Shown here piece after piece: positions 21,567-33,848 of a stretch of DNA of 64,000 nt (within the stretch, counting starts at the first letter, position 1; the number at the start of each line of letters is the position of its first letter). The position numbers and the translations under genes are program-made. The notes below the pieces were generated by a model, which was given only the letters and a program-made list of their open reading frames with translations, was not told the origin of the DNA and searched no databases. This DNA comes from Cyanophora paradoxa CCMP329 (taxonomy: Eukaryota; Plantae; Glaucophyta): NCBI GenBank assembly GCA_004431415.1, contig QPMI01000181.1:1-64000 (forward strand), written 5' to 3'.

Positions 21567-23101
21567 TTTCTGATAAATGCGCCCGTTACATCGACTCTCA
21601 TAGTCGGAGCATTTATATATACCAATGGATAAATACGTATATATCGTGTTCTCAATGGATAACCTATGTAAAATACATCGTTTACCGAAAGTGGGAACCC
21701 CATAGCATATGATACATCCCCAGAGTTATAAGCATTATTTATATTCTCACATACAAACATTCTATTCACACCCTCATACTTGATAAATGACCATGAAACC
21801 CCATCTTGCGAGGTCGCAACATTGAAAGTTTTAATAAACGCAGCCGTTATACCTGAACCATATGCAATTATAGAAGCGATTTCATATGTATATGGGAATG
21901 CTATTTGCAGATACTCTGTTGGCGTTTCCCATACTCCGTTTATTGCGGATGCATTCGCTTCCCATCCAGTTAATGATGGGCGGGCTTTAAATGCCTCCTT
22001 TCCGAATTTCGCAGATGAAGCGGTAAACGCATTATCCGGCAGAAGATACCAATTAGCATCGATGGGGGGTATGTTATTCAGAGTGGATGATATATAGAAC
22101 CTTACAGGGTTCTTAATCTCGTAGTTTGTTACGAGCAAGTCGCAGAGTCTATTAATCATGGTGTCGTTTTCTTCAATATACGTTTCAGTTGCCGCGATCA
22201 TGTCCGGAATCTTAGAGGTATCATCGAGAGAGTTTAAGATATCTTTTGGAAGCGGAACAGAGAGCCTGTAATATCTTGCATATCCTTGGTCATCATTATA
22301 TGGTAAAAACTCTTGCATCTTTTCAAGAGCCGACAGTTCACTTGCAGCCATTAGCATATTGATTAATGGACTTCCTGAGGTGGAAGCAATCCACGAGAGA
22401 ATACCCCAGGTATTCACGTTCTCATAAGGATAACCGACGTTTGATGCGTCCGTTTCATTTACTTCACCGCACGAGATGCTAATAACTATAATATCGTCAT
22501 CGTTATCATATATCTTTTTCGCGTGACTGTAACCACAAACGCTTGGGTTATTGTTACCTGATATTGCGCCATCAATTAGACACATCCCGTCGTAATCGAC
22601 AGGAGCAAAATATGTCGGAGCAGCCGAGGTGGATCGCGCCGCAATCTTACTTGGTATGGTCTTGTAATCGTTATCGTTTGCTATAAAAATGGGTTTCATA
22701 CTCACTGTGTCGAATGTCGTAATAACCACGTCTTTTAGTGAATCTTTTATGAGAGCTTCCCCAGTCACAGAGAGAATGGCTGTCTCTAATGGTGTTACGT
22801 CGTATTTCGTATTAAAAAGGGCATTCTCTATGATGTTTCGCGGATTCGCAAAGATCAAAGGGAGATGGTAAAGGTAAGTATCGTGAAGGTCGGTCGCAGT
22901 TAGTTTAGGTTCATTGGGAAATTCGGGATTTTTCACATTGAGACCGATAGCAATAATACCGCCTGTGGATGTTCCACTTACGAGATCTACAAGATCGATC
23001 ACGCGTTTACCGGTTCTTGTTTCGATCTCTTTTAGCAATCTTGTTATGATGATACCACGAGCGCCACCTCCGGACAAAGATAATACGACTTTTAGGGGCA
23101 T
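21563..23101 (-). CDS. Patatin-like phospholipase fused to discoidin (F5/8 type C) domain
   Basis: GGGARG oxyanion motif, GTSTG nucleophile, SAAPTYF and DGA; C-terminal AFTASS...EYLQI...SQDGVSW...TRYIRIYP...MRVD. Confidence 0.9.
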   Translation of the reverse strand: MPLKVVLSLSGGGARGIIITRLLKEIETRTGKRVIDLVDLVSGTSTGGIIAIGLNVKNPEFPNEPKLTATDLHDTYLYHLPLIFANPRNIIENALFNTKYDVTPLETAILSVTGEALIKDSLKDVVITTFDTVSMKPIFIANDNDYKTIPSKIAARSTSAAPTYFAPVDYDGMCLIDGAISGNNNPSVCGYSHAKKIYDNDDDIIVISISCGEVNETDASNVGYPYENVNTWGILSWIASTSGSPLINMLMAASELSALEKMQEFLPYNDDQGYARYYRLSVPLPKDILNSLDDTSKIPDMIAATETYIEENDTMINRLCDLLVTNYEIKNPVRFYISSTLNNIPPIDANWYLLPDNAFTASSAKFGKEAFKARPSLTGWEANASAINGVWETPTEYLQIAFPYTYEIASIIAYGSGITAAFIKTFNVATSQDGVSWSFIKYEGVNRMFVCENINNAYNSGDVSYAMGFPLSVNDVFYIGYPLRTRYIRIYPLVYINAPTMRVDVTGAFIRN

Positions 23102-23149
23102 CTTTACTTATCTTAAATTTAATAAATCTGTATAAGTAGAGCAAGCAGG

Positions 23150-26100
23150 ATGAGTTTCAATTATCCAGCAAATTTACAGACAGTATCAGGTGGTGGTAAA
23201 GGGAACCCAAAACATGTGAACTTTGATAATATCACCATTAAAGGGTCGGCTTCTATTGATCAGAGCGCGGATAAACCCTCGAAAACTCATCCCCGGGTTC
23301 ATGCTTTATCGGTGAACCAAACGGATCCTGATAAAGAAGATGTTAGCATTGCTTTCAGTTTGGGCAATGTTAAAAAAAACGCTGTTGCAGAGATCAAGGC
23401 AACCAGAAGGAGACCACGGAAACTTAAAACCAGTGGAACGCATCCCGATATTCCCACACGATTCGATAGCGGACGTTTGGTTTTCAACGTCCAGGATGAG
23501 AAGGGAGTTCATCGTAGCGGTTTGAGAATTTATAATGAAGGATCAAATACGATTGCACAAATTCCCCAGATTTTACAGGTAGCCCCACATGGCGAAGAGA
23601 ATCAGATTCGCCACACCAACAGTATTTATCCGAAGGACATCGTCGAAAATGCAGAAACTAATGCACTGTTTGGTTTCACTCTTCCACAGGATACTTCCAA
23701 AGAAAAAGATTCAATCACGGTCGACAGTAGCCCCAGTCAACCAGTAGCCATTCATTTACACCCCGACCTTGTCGAAATGGATAGGCATTTACTACCTTTG
23801 AAAACAAATACCAAAGACCTTGGTATTAGAACCCGACAGTGGCGAAATATTCACGGTAGCAACGTGTATGCAAACGGTGAGAAACTTGTAAGCGAGAAAA
23901 CTATCAGAGAAATATTCGAACATTACGGACCTGTTCCGGTTCCGTTTCCTCTACCATGGGATCCGCCAGATCTTACACCAAAGAAGCAACCAGGAAGAGA
24001 GTATACAGCAGAAGAGAACGTTGCATTTGGGCAACATATCGTGAGTTGGGAAAAAGTTCGAAACAAACCAGTATTTACAGTGTATCAACCACCAACAGAA
24101 GAGCTTCTTGCACCAGATGTGAACGTTATACCTCTTGAAGATCGACGATTCGAAGAAGATAATGAGTTACCTGATGGTTTCGATCCAAACCTTATAACAT
24201 ACGATCGCTACGAACCATATGATGAACAGCTTTTACCTGATGGATTCGCACCCGATCTATTTGATTTCATTGTTGATTGGGAGGACATCCGAAATAAACC
24301 CCAAACATATCCACCTGATCCCCATGCTCACGATTGGGACGAAATAGAGAACAAACCTGATAGATTCCCACCTGTGGATCATAGACACGATTGGGAGGAT
24401 ATCGATGGAATACCAGAAGAATTTCCACCAGAAGACCATAGACACACTTGGGATCAAATCGATGCACCAGAAGAGTTTCCACCAGCACCACATAGACACA
24501 ATTGGAACCAAATCGACCAGCAACCTACATTCGCATCAGCAGGTGATGCTGTCAATGATGGGCTACATGGTGTGAGTCTCTATAAGAATATAGACACAGA
24601 GGAAAGATTAATGTTAGATACGTATTACGTCAATCGTCACGGAATAAATGCAGGCACCACAATGGAAGGCGAATTATATATCAGACCACCTACACGAGTT
24701 AATTTAGTTGCAGCAGGTGGAGGTATTGGAGTAATGCAGAATAAACCGGGCATCTATCTAACAAGTTACTACCCAGATGACATCCCGATGACAGTTACAT
24801 TACCACCTATCCCATCTCTTCCAGCCGATCCAATTAATTTTGTAGACAAAGATGCAGCAATCCAAATTAACGTTACTGATGTAAGCGCTCTTGATGGATC
24901 AAGACCAAAGTTAATATTTAGTCGAGATCGGCTCTTACCTGATGATTTAATTGGAGATCGAGACGATTATAAGCAATGTGAGATAGGGTGGATTAAAACC
25001 AATTATAATGATGTTGATAAGCAAGGGGTCTTGGAAATCAATCAGAGAGCAGCAGCAAAAAACATACACAACGAAACAATATCACGAGTGGTCACAGAGG
25101 ATTATTTAGAAAACAAGAATTACATAGATGGAACCGAATTAGCTACGGCTTTGCTTCCTTTGGCGGCAGTTTCAACTGTCCAATCTTGGTTAGGTAACTA
25201 CCTTCCCTCACAGGTGGAACCATAACAGGTAATCTGACAGTCAATGATACATTGAGTGTAGGTAAAGAGATACACCTAAGTGGAAATCAGTTCGAGAGAG
25301 GATCCCAAGATTTCTCTACATATAATCCAAGGGAAATAGCAGATTGCCTACTTCACTTTAACGCAAACTCTGATAATTGGAAGAGTGGAGCGCTTGTTTA
25401 TGAACTCAAAAATTACGCAAGGGGCGGCTCAGTTTGGAATTATATTAATGTAGTTAACACTCTTGTTAGTTACGGCAGTGTTACTTTCAGCTTCCTCGGT
25501 CCAAATAGTAAAAAGTTCTACCAGGTGGCTACCACAAACACATTTTCATTCATCAATTATCAATATCAAACTTCTACTCTTTATGATACTATTCCTTTCA
25601 GCGGAATTACGGTCTCATTTGTCATTCGATTTAAACCAAGCGTTCCAAATGAAACAGTTTTACGAATCGACGGCTCAACACATGTGAATGGAAACAATCT
25701 CAGTTGGTTGATTACTAAAACAAGCGGGTATTTGAATGTCAATAAGAATGGCTACGATTTAGTGAGCATTCCAATATCAACAACAGAAGGGAATTCTTGG
25801 ACAATGTTCGATATTCGAGTAACAAGCACAACTGTTCATTTTGGTGTAAATGGAAAACATAGAGATACAATATCTGTTCCTGCCGATTCAAGATATCCAC
25901 GCCAAGATGTCAATAAAATACATGTGGGTGATAGCGTTTCAAAATTCGATTTATGCGAACTCCTTTGTTATGGTAGAACCCTTTCAGATACAGAACTACA
26001 AAATATTAGATGGTATTTACAGCAAAAATACGGTTTTCCGGAAGACCCTTTAAATCCATATCCATTGGATAACAACAAGATTCTTGTTAGAACTAATGAG

Positions 26101-29100
26101 TTTAAAGTAACCGGCACCCTCTTGGCGACGAACGTTATTATGACTACATCAACCTCAGGCACAGTATCGACTATGAGCCTTCAAGAAAAAACAAATAGCT
26201 TGGAAGAGAGTATTTATACACAACAAGAGGCAATTACAGCACTCCAAACTGAGGATGCCGCACTTGCAACAAGAATAAATAACATAGAGAGTGATTATAC
26301 TTCTTCTAATGTGGTTCAAGAATGGACAGCACCTTTAACGGCATCGAATGTAGTTCAAGAGTGGATAGCACCATTGACTGCATCGAATGTAGTTCAGGAA
26401 TGGATTGGACCTTTAACAGCATCGAATGTGGTTCAAGAGTGGATTGCGCCATTAACTGCATCGAATGTGGTTCAAGAGTGGATAGCACCTTTAACAGCAT
26501 CAAATGTGGTTCAGGAATGGATATCAGATTACTTACCTCTCACAGGAGGGACACTGTCAAGTAATCTTACCATCTCGGGTAATCTCAAAGTGTCAAGCAA
26601 CATTCAATTAGGAACTCATGGGACGGTTTTAGATGTGACTTATGACACACCCTATTATCCTATCACATCCAACACTGACCCTGCATTTACAATTCCGAAT
26701 TGTCTTATAGCTGCAAAACCATCTGGCTATGCCCATCTACAAAATGGGCATGGAACAACGATCACCAACCGAGCAACATTGGCTGTTCCATTCATTCCAC
26801 AATTTTTTATGACTGGTTCCTCACGGGAATCATACTATAAAATAAATCCATTACTAAATAACCAACTTACTTTGAAAGCATCTGACAACCCCAATTCATC
26901 CATTCATTTGTTTTCAAACAGAAATGATACTGTGGATTGGAGTGAGGGAATAACAATATTTAGTGTGTGTAGTGTGAGGTCACTTACATTGGTCCATGCA
27001 GTGTTTGGCGTGTTTAATTATAATGTGCATGAAGTAAGGTATGGCACACACATAGATTGGTTTGTGAACCCACCTGTTTGCAAATGGGGCATGAATAGAT
27101 ATGTCCATGTTGCTGATGGGGTTAACATGCAATATGGAACACCAACATATAGTAATCTCCCAACTGTCTATATGCCTTATGAGGAATATGCAAATTACAA
27201 ATTTGCATACTGGGACACAACCATTACTTCAAACAGCATATCATATTCAATGAATGGGAAGCATTTAGGAACTGTTGCTGGTAACTGGCTTCCACCATCA
27301 TCATTTAATAATTTAGGACCTGCAAATATTGGGGAGAGTTTGCAGAACTACTTGTTTTCAATAGAGCCTTGACCGAGATTGAGAAGCAACAGGTGAGGTA
27401 TTATATTCAGCAGATGTATGGATTTCCTATAACTCAACCTCTTTACTATCCTGATAATATGCGAATATCAGCAAATTATCTCTATCTAAACAACTTACAC
27501 ATTGGTTCAAATGCTATCATTCCAAACTATACCACATCAAATGTGGTTCAAGGTTGGATACAGAACCACACACCTGCGTGGTCAAATATCACAGATAAAC
27601 CATTAACTTTTGCTCATGATGCTCATTCTCACACAAAGTCAGAGATAACAGATTTCGCCCATTCTCACACAAAGTCAGAGATTACAGATTTTGCACACAC
27701 CCATTTATGGGCAGATCTCACAGACAAACCGCTCACGTTTACTCCTTCTGCGCACACTCACACAAAATCACAAATAACAGATTTTGCCCATTCTCATACG
27801 AAGTCAGAGATTACAGATTTTGCACACACCCATTTATGGGCAGATCTCACAGACAAACCGCTCACGTTTACTCCTTCTGCGCACACTCACACAAAGTCTC
27901 AAATTACAGATTTCGCCCATTCTCATACAAAGTCAGAGATAACAGACTTTGCCCACACTCATTTATGGAATGACATCACAGACAAACCATCAACGTTTGC
28001 CCCTTCTGCGCACACTCATGATTACTTGCCTCTCACAGGAGGAACAATTTCCTCAAATCTTACGATTTCATCCAACTTGAATGTTATAGGAAAAATTCAA
28101 ATTGGAGACAAAAATACAAACATTGATGTATACTATGACGCACCCTATTATCCTGTTACTTCTAATACAGACCCCGCTTTTGCCATACCAGATTGCCTCT
28201 TAACAATAAGATTAGATGTTGTCCCTGTCGGCATAAACATCAGTCACGCCTTTATTGCAAATAGAGCAACTACGGCAATTCCCTTTATTTCCGGGTAACC
28301 TTCCCATGGTCAGGATACAACACAATAACTCAATTGAGATCTGATTACAATAACCGAAACATTGCCCAACAACCTACTTATTCATATACAAGCCGGGAAT
28401 TTGGAATGCCGTATCCCGTAACTGTGGATTGGTCAAAAGGTATCACCATCTTCTTTGCAGGTTCTTATAGATTTTGGGGACCGTGGGTAGATCTCTTAAA
28501 TTTTAGTTCACCAGATGGAACTAATAAAGTATCCTTTGGGACAACAGGTAGCAGTATGGGTATACATTCTTATACAAGCAATGGTGTGACTTACCCAGCA
28601 GCACACTTAAATTATCCCACATCGTATTCTGAGTTGTCGCCGAATCATTGGGACTTTACAGTTTCTTCAAATGTCTGCACTTTCGGATTTAACGGACAAG
28701 ATTTAGGCACAGTCATTACAGAAGTGGATTATCTTCCACCTTCCACTTTTAGTAGGATGGGTGTTGCCTATTTCATTACGGCAGTAGGGGAATATATTAT
28801 ATTCAACAGAGCATTGACATTTGATGAAAGGCAAAAAGTGAGATATTATATGCAAGATTATTTTGGCTTTCCAAAAAAGCAAACAATCGTTATTCCTGAT
28901 AATCTACGCATTTCTGCTGAAAATGTTCATATTAGAAATTTAATCGTTTCTTCAAATGCAAGCATTCCAAACTATACCACATCAAATGTGGTTCAAGGTT
29001 GGATACAGAACCACACACCTGCGTGGTCAAATATCACAGACAAACCGTTAACGTTTGCTCCTGATGTTCATACTCACACAAAAGACCAAATATCAGACTT

Positions 29101-30879
29101 TTCCCATTCTCATTTATGGAATGACATCACAGACAAACCGTTAACCTTTGCTCCTGCTGCCCATTCTCATTTATGGAACGACATCACCGATAAACCATTA
29201 ACCTTTGCTCCTGATGCTCATTCTCATGCATGGACAACCATTACAGGTAAACCATTAACCTTTGCTCCTGATGCTCACACTCACACAAAGTCTCAAATAA
29301 CAGACTTCGCCCACAATCATTTATGGGCGGACATCACAGACAAACCGTTAGCGTTCACTCCTACTACTCACACTCACACAAAGTCTCAAATTACTGATTT
29401 TGCCCACACTCATTTATGGGCGGACATCACAGACAAACCGTTAACATTTGCTCCTGCTGCTCACTCTCATTTATGGGCGGACATCACAGACAAACCATTA
29501 ACATTTGCACCTGCTGCTCATACTCATGATTGGATAGGTATTACAAATAAACCTTTGCTGTTTCCGCCCGATGCTCATACACACCCTTGGAGTAGTATAA
29601 CAGAAAAACCATTAACATTTCCGGCAACAGCTCACACTCATTTATGGAATGATATTACAGACAAACCAACATTTGCAACTGTTGCGACAACCGGAAATTA
29701 TGATGATTTAATTAACAAGCCAACATACACAGCGCCCACAAATTTTGACGCTACAAGTATTATTTCCACAGATCGCACAGGTGATTGGAGAAATTACAAC
29801 GGAGGAATATTGACAGGGGACACAAATACTTGGGCGAACACATGGGCTGCTTCTGATGAAGATTGTAGTAGCTGTAAAATGTATTGGAATGTCCAACAGG
29901 AATGAAATCTTGTTATATCTATTATGCTTGTCATTACAATTGTAGATACTTTGATGTGGTGGGAATTTATCCTCCAACAACTGTGTATACATATTTACGA
30001 GTAAATGCCTATTCTACTGCAATCGACCCATCAAAGGAATTCAAACAGTATGTTGGAATAAATTGTGAAGGACTAACCAAAGTTGGTGTTCATGGACAGA
30101 AAGGAAGAATTTATTTACCCGGTCCAATTGCTGTTGGATGGAGCAAAAACCCTGCTGTAACTTCACACAGTGGTTACTGTCATTGGGATAATATCTTCGG
30201 AAAACCAACAGCTTCAACATCTGTCGGTCCTCACTCACACAGCAAAGCAGATATCACAGATTTTGCACATACTCACACAAAGGCAAATATTACAGATTTT
30301 GCCCATACTCACACTAAATCAGAAATCTCAGATTTGCCTTCTTTTGATCCATTCACAGCCAATACGATCACAGCAAATAATACTATGTATGTAGGATCGG
30401 GTTCAATAGTAACTCCTGCATCACCCACAAACCAAGAAACATGGTTCTTCCACAATTCCGCAAACTTTTATGATAAAACACTGCTCTGTCGTGGAAATGC
30501 TTATGCAAGAGCATTTTATGCGATGAATGCAGGAACCACAAACACAATCAGCCAAGTTCCATCTTGGTATGATATAGAAAGACGTTTCAAATCAGGAAAA
30601 TATCAAGCCACAAGTGGTGTTATAAGCGCGGGTCAAACAACACAGCATGCATATGTTTTATATTGGGACCCACCTTTTTACACTCAGACACCTGTTGTAA
30701 ATGCCACACTTCAAGGAACTCCTGCAACAAACCCAGGGGATGTAGATTTTAGAATTGGAATCTCAAACTCCACAGCTAACTACACAACAATCTATGTGAC
30801 ATTCATAGCATCCCCTACTCTATCTGAAAGTCGAAGTATCACATGCACTATCCATTGGACATGTCATGGTATACCATAA
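23150..30879 (+). CDS. Giant fibre/spike-like protein (about 2,570 aa if joined; split into ORFs 23150-25225, 25252-27372, 27369-28298, 28334-29905, 29884-30879)
   Basis: Tail-fibre-like HxHxWxDITDKP and HxHxKSxITDF repeats, YLPLTGGT motifs, and three LamG/ConA-like modules. Adjacent ORFs join by single frameshifts near 25206, 27335, 28293 and 29886. Confidence 0.7.
26300..26525 (+). repeat. 39-nt coding tandem repeat (APLTASNVVQEWI, about 6 copies)
   Basis: Visible in both DNA and translation. Confidence 0.85.
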
Positions 30880-30928
30880 TTAACTCACAGATCGCTTTAT
30901 TTTTCTAATCTTCTTAGTAAAAGAAGCA

Positions 30929-31774
30929 ATGGGTGAATACAACCGAGTCCAATTACCGGTTTACGCATTGGGTGCGCCCGCAATTCATTTCAGACAACAT
31001 GAAGTATCCGATGAGATTCGTGGTATGGAATCAACAGAACGCGCAAACTCAGGAAATGCGTTCGATAAAAACAGTGTGATTCGCGTAAAAGAACTACGAG
31101 CCGATAAGAATTCGGGTGTGGTAAAAACAACTCAATTATTGGTTACAAATGCGAATTTTCAATCAGCAAACGGAGAACCCGATGCGTATGGTGTAGATAT
31201 CAAAGCATTCCAATTCGACAATACGCGAGCCGCCGCCGTTATCCGATCAGGAGGCGCTGTTATTGGTGGTGGATGCCGAGTATCCGGAATGCTTGGCTCT
31301 TCTGCTGCGTTTAACGATATTCCGGACACCTTACCTGAACATGCAGATAATCCCCAACGAATGCGTATGTTTCTTCCATGTGGAGATTCCCCATATGCTT
31401 TTGCTATCATACGAGCAAATGTAAATATAAATGATGCTACCCAACCCCAAGGTATTGACGGACCTTGGAAAATGGCTGATCAACTTTTACCGAAAGCGAT
31501 TTACTCCATGTGTCGCTCTCAGAATGGAGGTGTAGAAGGATATACATTCATTGTTCAAGCGGTAGGTCATGGAGGGCGTGGATGGGTTATAAGAAATCCT
31601 GCAACACAACCCAACACTTTTGATTTTTGGGCATCTGAGGTTGGAGGTTATGATATTATGATTTATGGATATCGTAATGATGAGGCGGCATGGGCTGTTG
31701 CTAACTGCATAAATCCCGATGCTCAACTATCGAATTTCTATAATGAACCATACCCCGAAGATCCCGTCCCATAA
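30929..31774 (+). CDS. Hypothetical virion-associated protein, paralogue 1
   Basis: Intact 281-aa ORF; shares ELRxDxNSGVVKTTxLLVTNANF with the next gene. Confidence 0.7.
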   Translation: MGEYNRVQLPVYALGAPAIHFRQHEVSDEIRGMESTERANSGNAFDKNSVIRVKELRADKNSGVVKTTQLLVTNANFQSANGEPDAYGVDIKAFQFDNTRAAAVIRSGGAVIGGGCRVSGMLGSSAAFNDIPDTLPEHADNPQRMRMFLPCGDSPYAFAIIRANVNINDATQPQGIDGPWKMADQLLPKAIYSMCRSQNGGVEGYTFIVQAVGHGGRGWVIRNPATQPNTFDFWASEVGGYDIMIYGYRNDEAAWAVANCINPDAQLSNFYNEPYPEDPVP

Positions 31775-31793
31775 TTATGTTTCGATATATTAA

Positions 31794-32698
31794 ATGGCTG
31801 CACCTGCACCACCTGAACGCATCTTAACTGCGCAACTATCGTTAGCTGCGCCCGCAAACCACGTATTACAGCATGCTATTATCGATAATATCGATGGTCT
31901 CGAATCCACAGAAATCGCACCAACTCTCAATACCTTCGGTGATACTCATATGCTGAGACTGAGAGAGTTGCGATGTGACACCAACAGTGGAGTGGTGAAA
32001 ACAACGAGACTTCTTGTAACAAATGCGAACTTCAACGCTCATTATGGAGATCCCGACAGTTACAATGATGATAATAAGGTTACCAACTTTGCTTACGAAG
32101 CAAGAAGGGCGCAATTAAATGTAGATCCGGAGGCGCTTATATTGGGGACGGACTAAGAGTTGGTGGTATCATTGGAGCGCCTCTAATCGTAAATGACCAA
32201 CCCAATCCTGATGATGAAAACACGAGAATTAGAACGTATTGCCCGGGTATGAATGAACCTTACATTATTAAAATAAACACGATTATAATAAACCTGCAAA
32301 CTGCCGTAATTGACATAATAGAACCGCTGGGAAACCATTACAGATATACCGAAAAGCTACCTGCGGATATTTATGCATTATGTAGGAGAACCGATGTAGC
32401 AAGACCACGTATTACAGTTCAAGTAGTCCCCGTCGATAATTTTGGTCTTGCTTTCCATTCATTGCCTCTTTTGGATACGCAAGATGATGAATATATAATT
32501 AGGGCAACACAACAAGGAACATTCACGGTTATTATGTATGCCGAAAGAAACGATGCAATCGCAAGAGGAAACCGCTATGGTCAATATCTAACCACAAATC
32601 TCTATAATCCATCGGCGGTAGCGATCCGCTACCATAAATCTACGGTATATATAGAGGAATGGATGAAAAAACAAGGAGATTTATTGAGTCTGCGATAA
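31794..32698 (+). CDS. Hypothetical virion-associated protein, paralogue 2 (frameshift near 32120)
   Basis: The shifted frame reads RSGGAYIGDGLRVGG, matching RSGGAVIGGGCRVSG of paralogue 1, which joins ORFs 31794 and 32249. Confidence 0.65.
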
Positions 32699-32931
32699 TG
32701 GTTCATGGACTTGATAAGTTTGATTACACCGAAACTGTCTATAAAAAGGCGCAAGAGAAGGTATCTGTGAGATGCCTGCAATGTAATAAAGTCTTTCAGA
32801 CTTATGGATTTAACCATATAAAGGGGTCAGGATGTAGACAGTGTTCTAAGAAACACTCTCATGCATACAGAAAAAAGACTACATGGGGAATCGTAATAGA
32901 AGAGAAACCGATTATGTTATATTTTGATTAG
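32659..32931 (+). CDS. Small zinc-ribbon protein (DUF723-like repeat seen in viral endonuclease-associated proteins)
   Basis: FIESAIMVHG..KFDYTETVY...CLQC...HIKGSGCRQC. Confidence 0.6.
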   Translation: MDEKTRRFIESAIMVHGLDKFDYTETVYKKAQEKVSVRCLQCNKVFQTYGFNHIKGSGCRQCSKKHSHAYRKKTTWGIVIEEKPIMLYFD

Positions 32932-33117
32932 AGTTTCGAAAGAGAAATGAGCATCTTTCCGCATTTACCTTTGGTTATTATGCAAGTATCAAAGCAATTC
33001 GGACATGTCTTATGATAATGGAGCATTATGATATCGACCAACTCATACGGAAATACTTTCGCTAAGATGGTTCGCATCCTACCAATTTCGTTTTTTATTT
33101 TTCTATATAATTCATAA

Positions 33118-33516
33118 ATGAATCATCGCGGTTCCCATGTAATGTTAGATTACAAGTTCAATCATCCATTGATGGTGGGATTGGAAAACTTGGAGACCAC
33201 AACAACGTGGTTAATGCAATTTTTACAATCTATTATACAAGAGCAAGGTATCCGAGTTGTTCACAAGCATTGCGAGATTTTCGATGGTGGTGTTTCGCCA
33301 CCGGGTTTTGCGATGGTATTACTTCTTGATGAGAGCCATTGCACCGCTCATTGTTACTCTGACCAAGGAATGTTAGCGATTGATGTATTCACTTGCGGAA
33401 CCGAAGCGCAAAGTAAGACCTCCGTAATATCTAAATTGATAGATGAGAGAATAACAGAGATCTTTTCAGGGTTGGAGAAAGCGGAGAAGCAGATAGCAGC
33501 GCGATTTCCGAGTTAA
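33118..33516 (+). CDS. speH: S-adenosylmethionine decarboxylase proenzyme (prokaryotic/viral pyruvoyl class)
   Basis: GSHVMLD start, LLDESHCTAHCY with the E-S autocleavage site, and AIDVFTCG; 132 aa. Confidence 0.85.
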   Translation: MNHRGSHVMLDYKFNHPLMVGLENLETTTTWLMQFLQSIIQEQGIRVVHKHCEIFDGGVSPPGFAMVLLLDESHCTAHCYSDQGMLAIDVFTCGTEAQSKTSVISKLIDERITEIFSGLEKAEKQIAARFPS

Positions 33517-33564
33517 TCACACTGAGATTTTGAAGAAATATAACATGTCTTATTGAATATCGTC

Positions 33565-33842
33565 AGGTGTAACAGGTGTAACAGGTAAATCCCAAACTTC
33601 GCTCCTAGGGAGGCCAAAAACCCAAAACTTTGGGATTTACCTGTTACACCTGTTACACCTTGGGATTCACCTGTTACATCTATCAAACAAAGCATTAATA
33701 TATTCGATTCCTTACATTGATTATAGTGTCATGTAACAGGTGTAACAGGTGTTTCCCAAACTTTCCTCATAGGAGATGAAAAATCCAAAACTTTGGGATT
33801 TACCTGTTACACCCGTTACACCTTGGGATTCACCTGTTACAC
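33565..33842. repeat. Iteron-like GGTGTAACA repeats of element B: perfect 32-bp inverted repeat plus a second diverged copy
   Basis: 33565-33596 is the exact reverse complement of 33629-33660; the unit recurs at 33732-33842. Confidence 0.85.
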
Positions 33843-33848
33843 ATTGAT

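Noticed and set aside
23150-30879. Diversity-generating retroelement acting on the fibre gene
   Set aside because: No reverse transcriptase and no template/variable repeat pair differing at adenines was seen.
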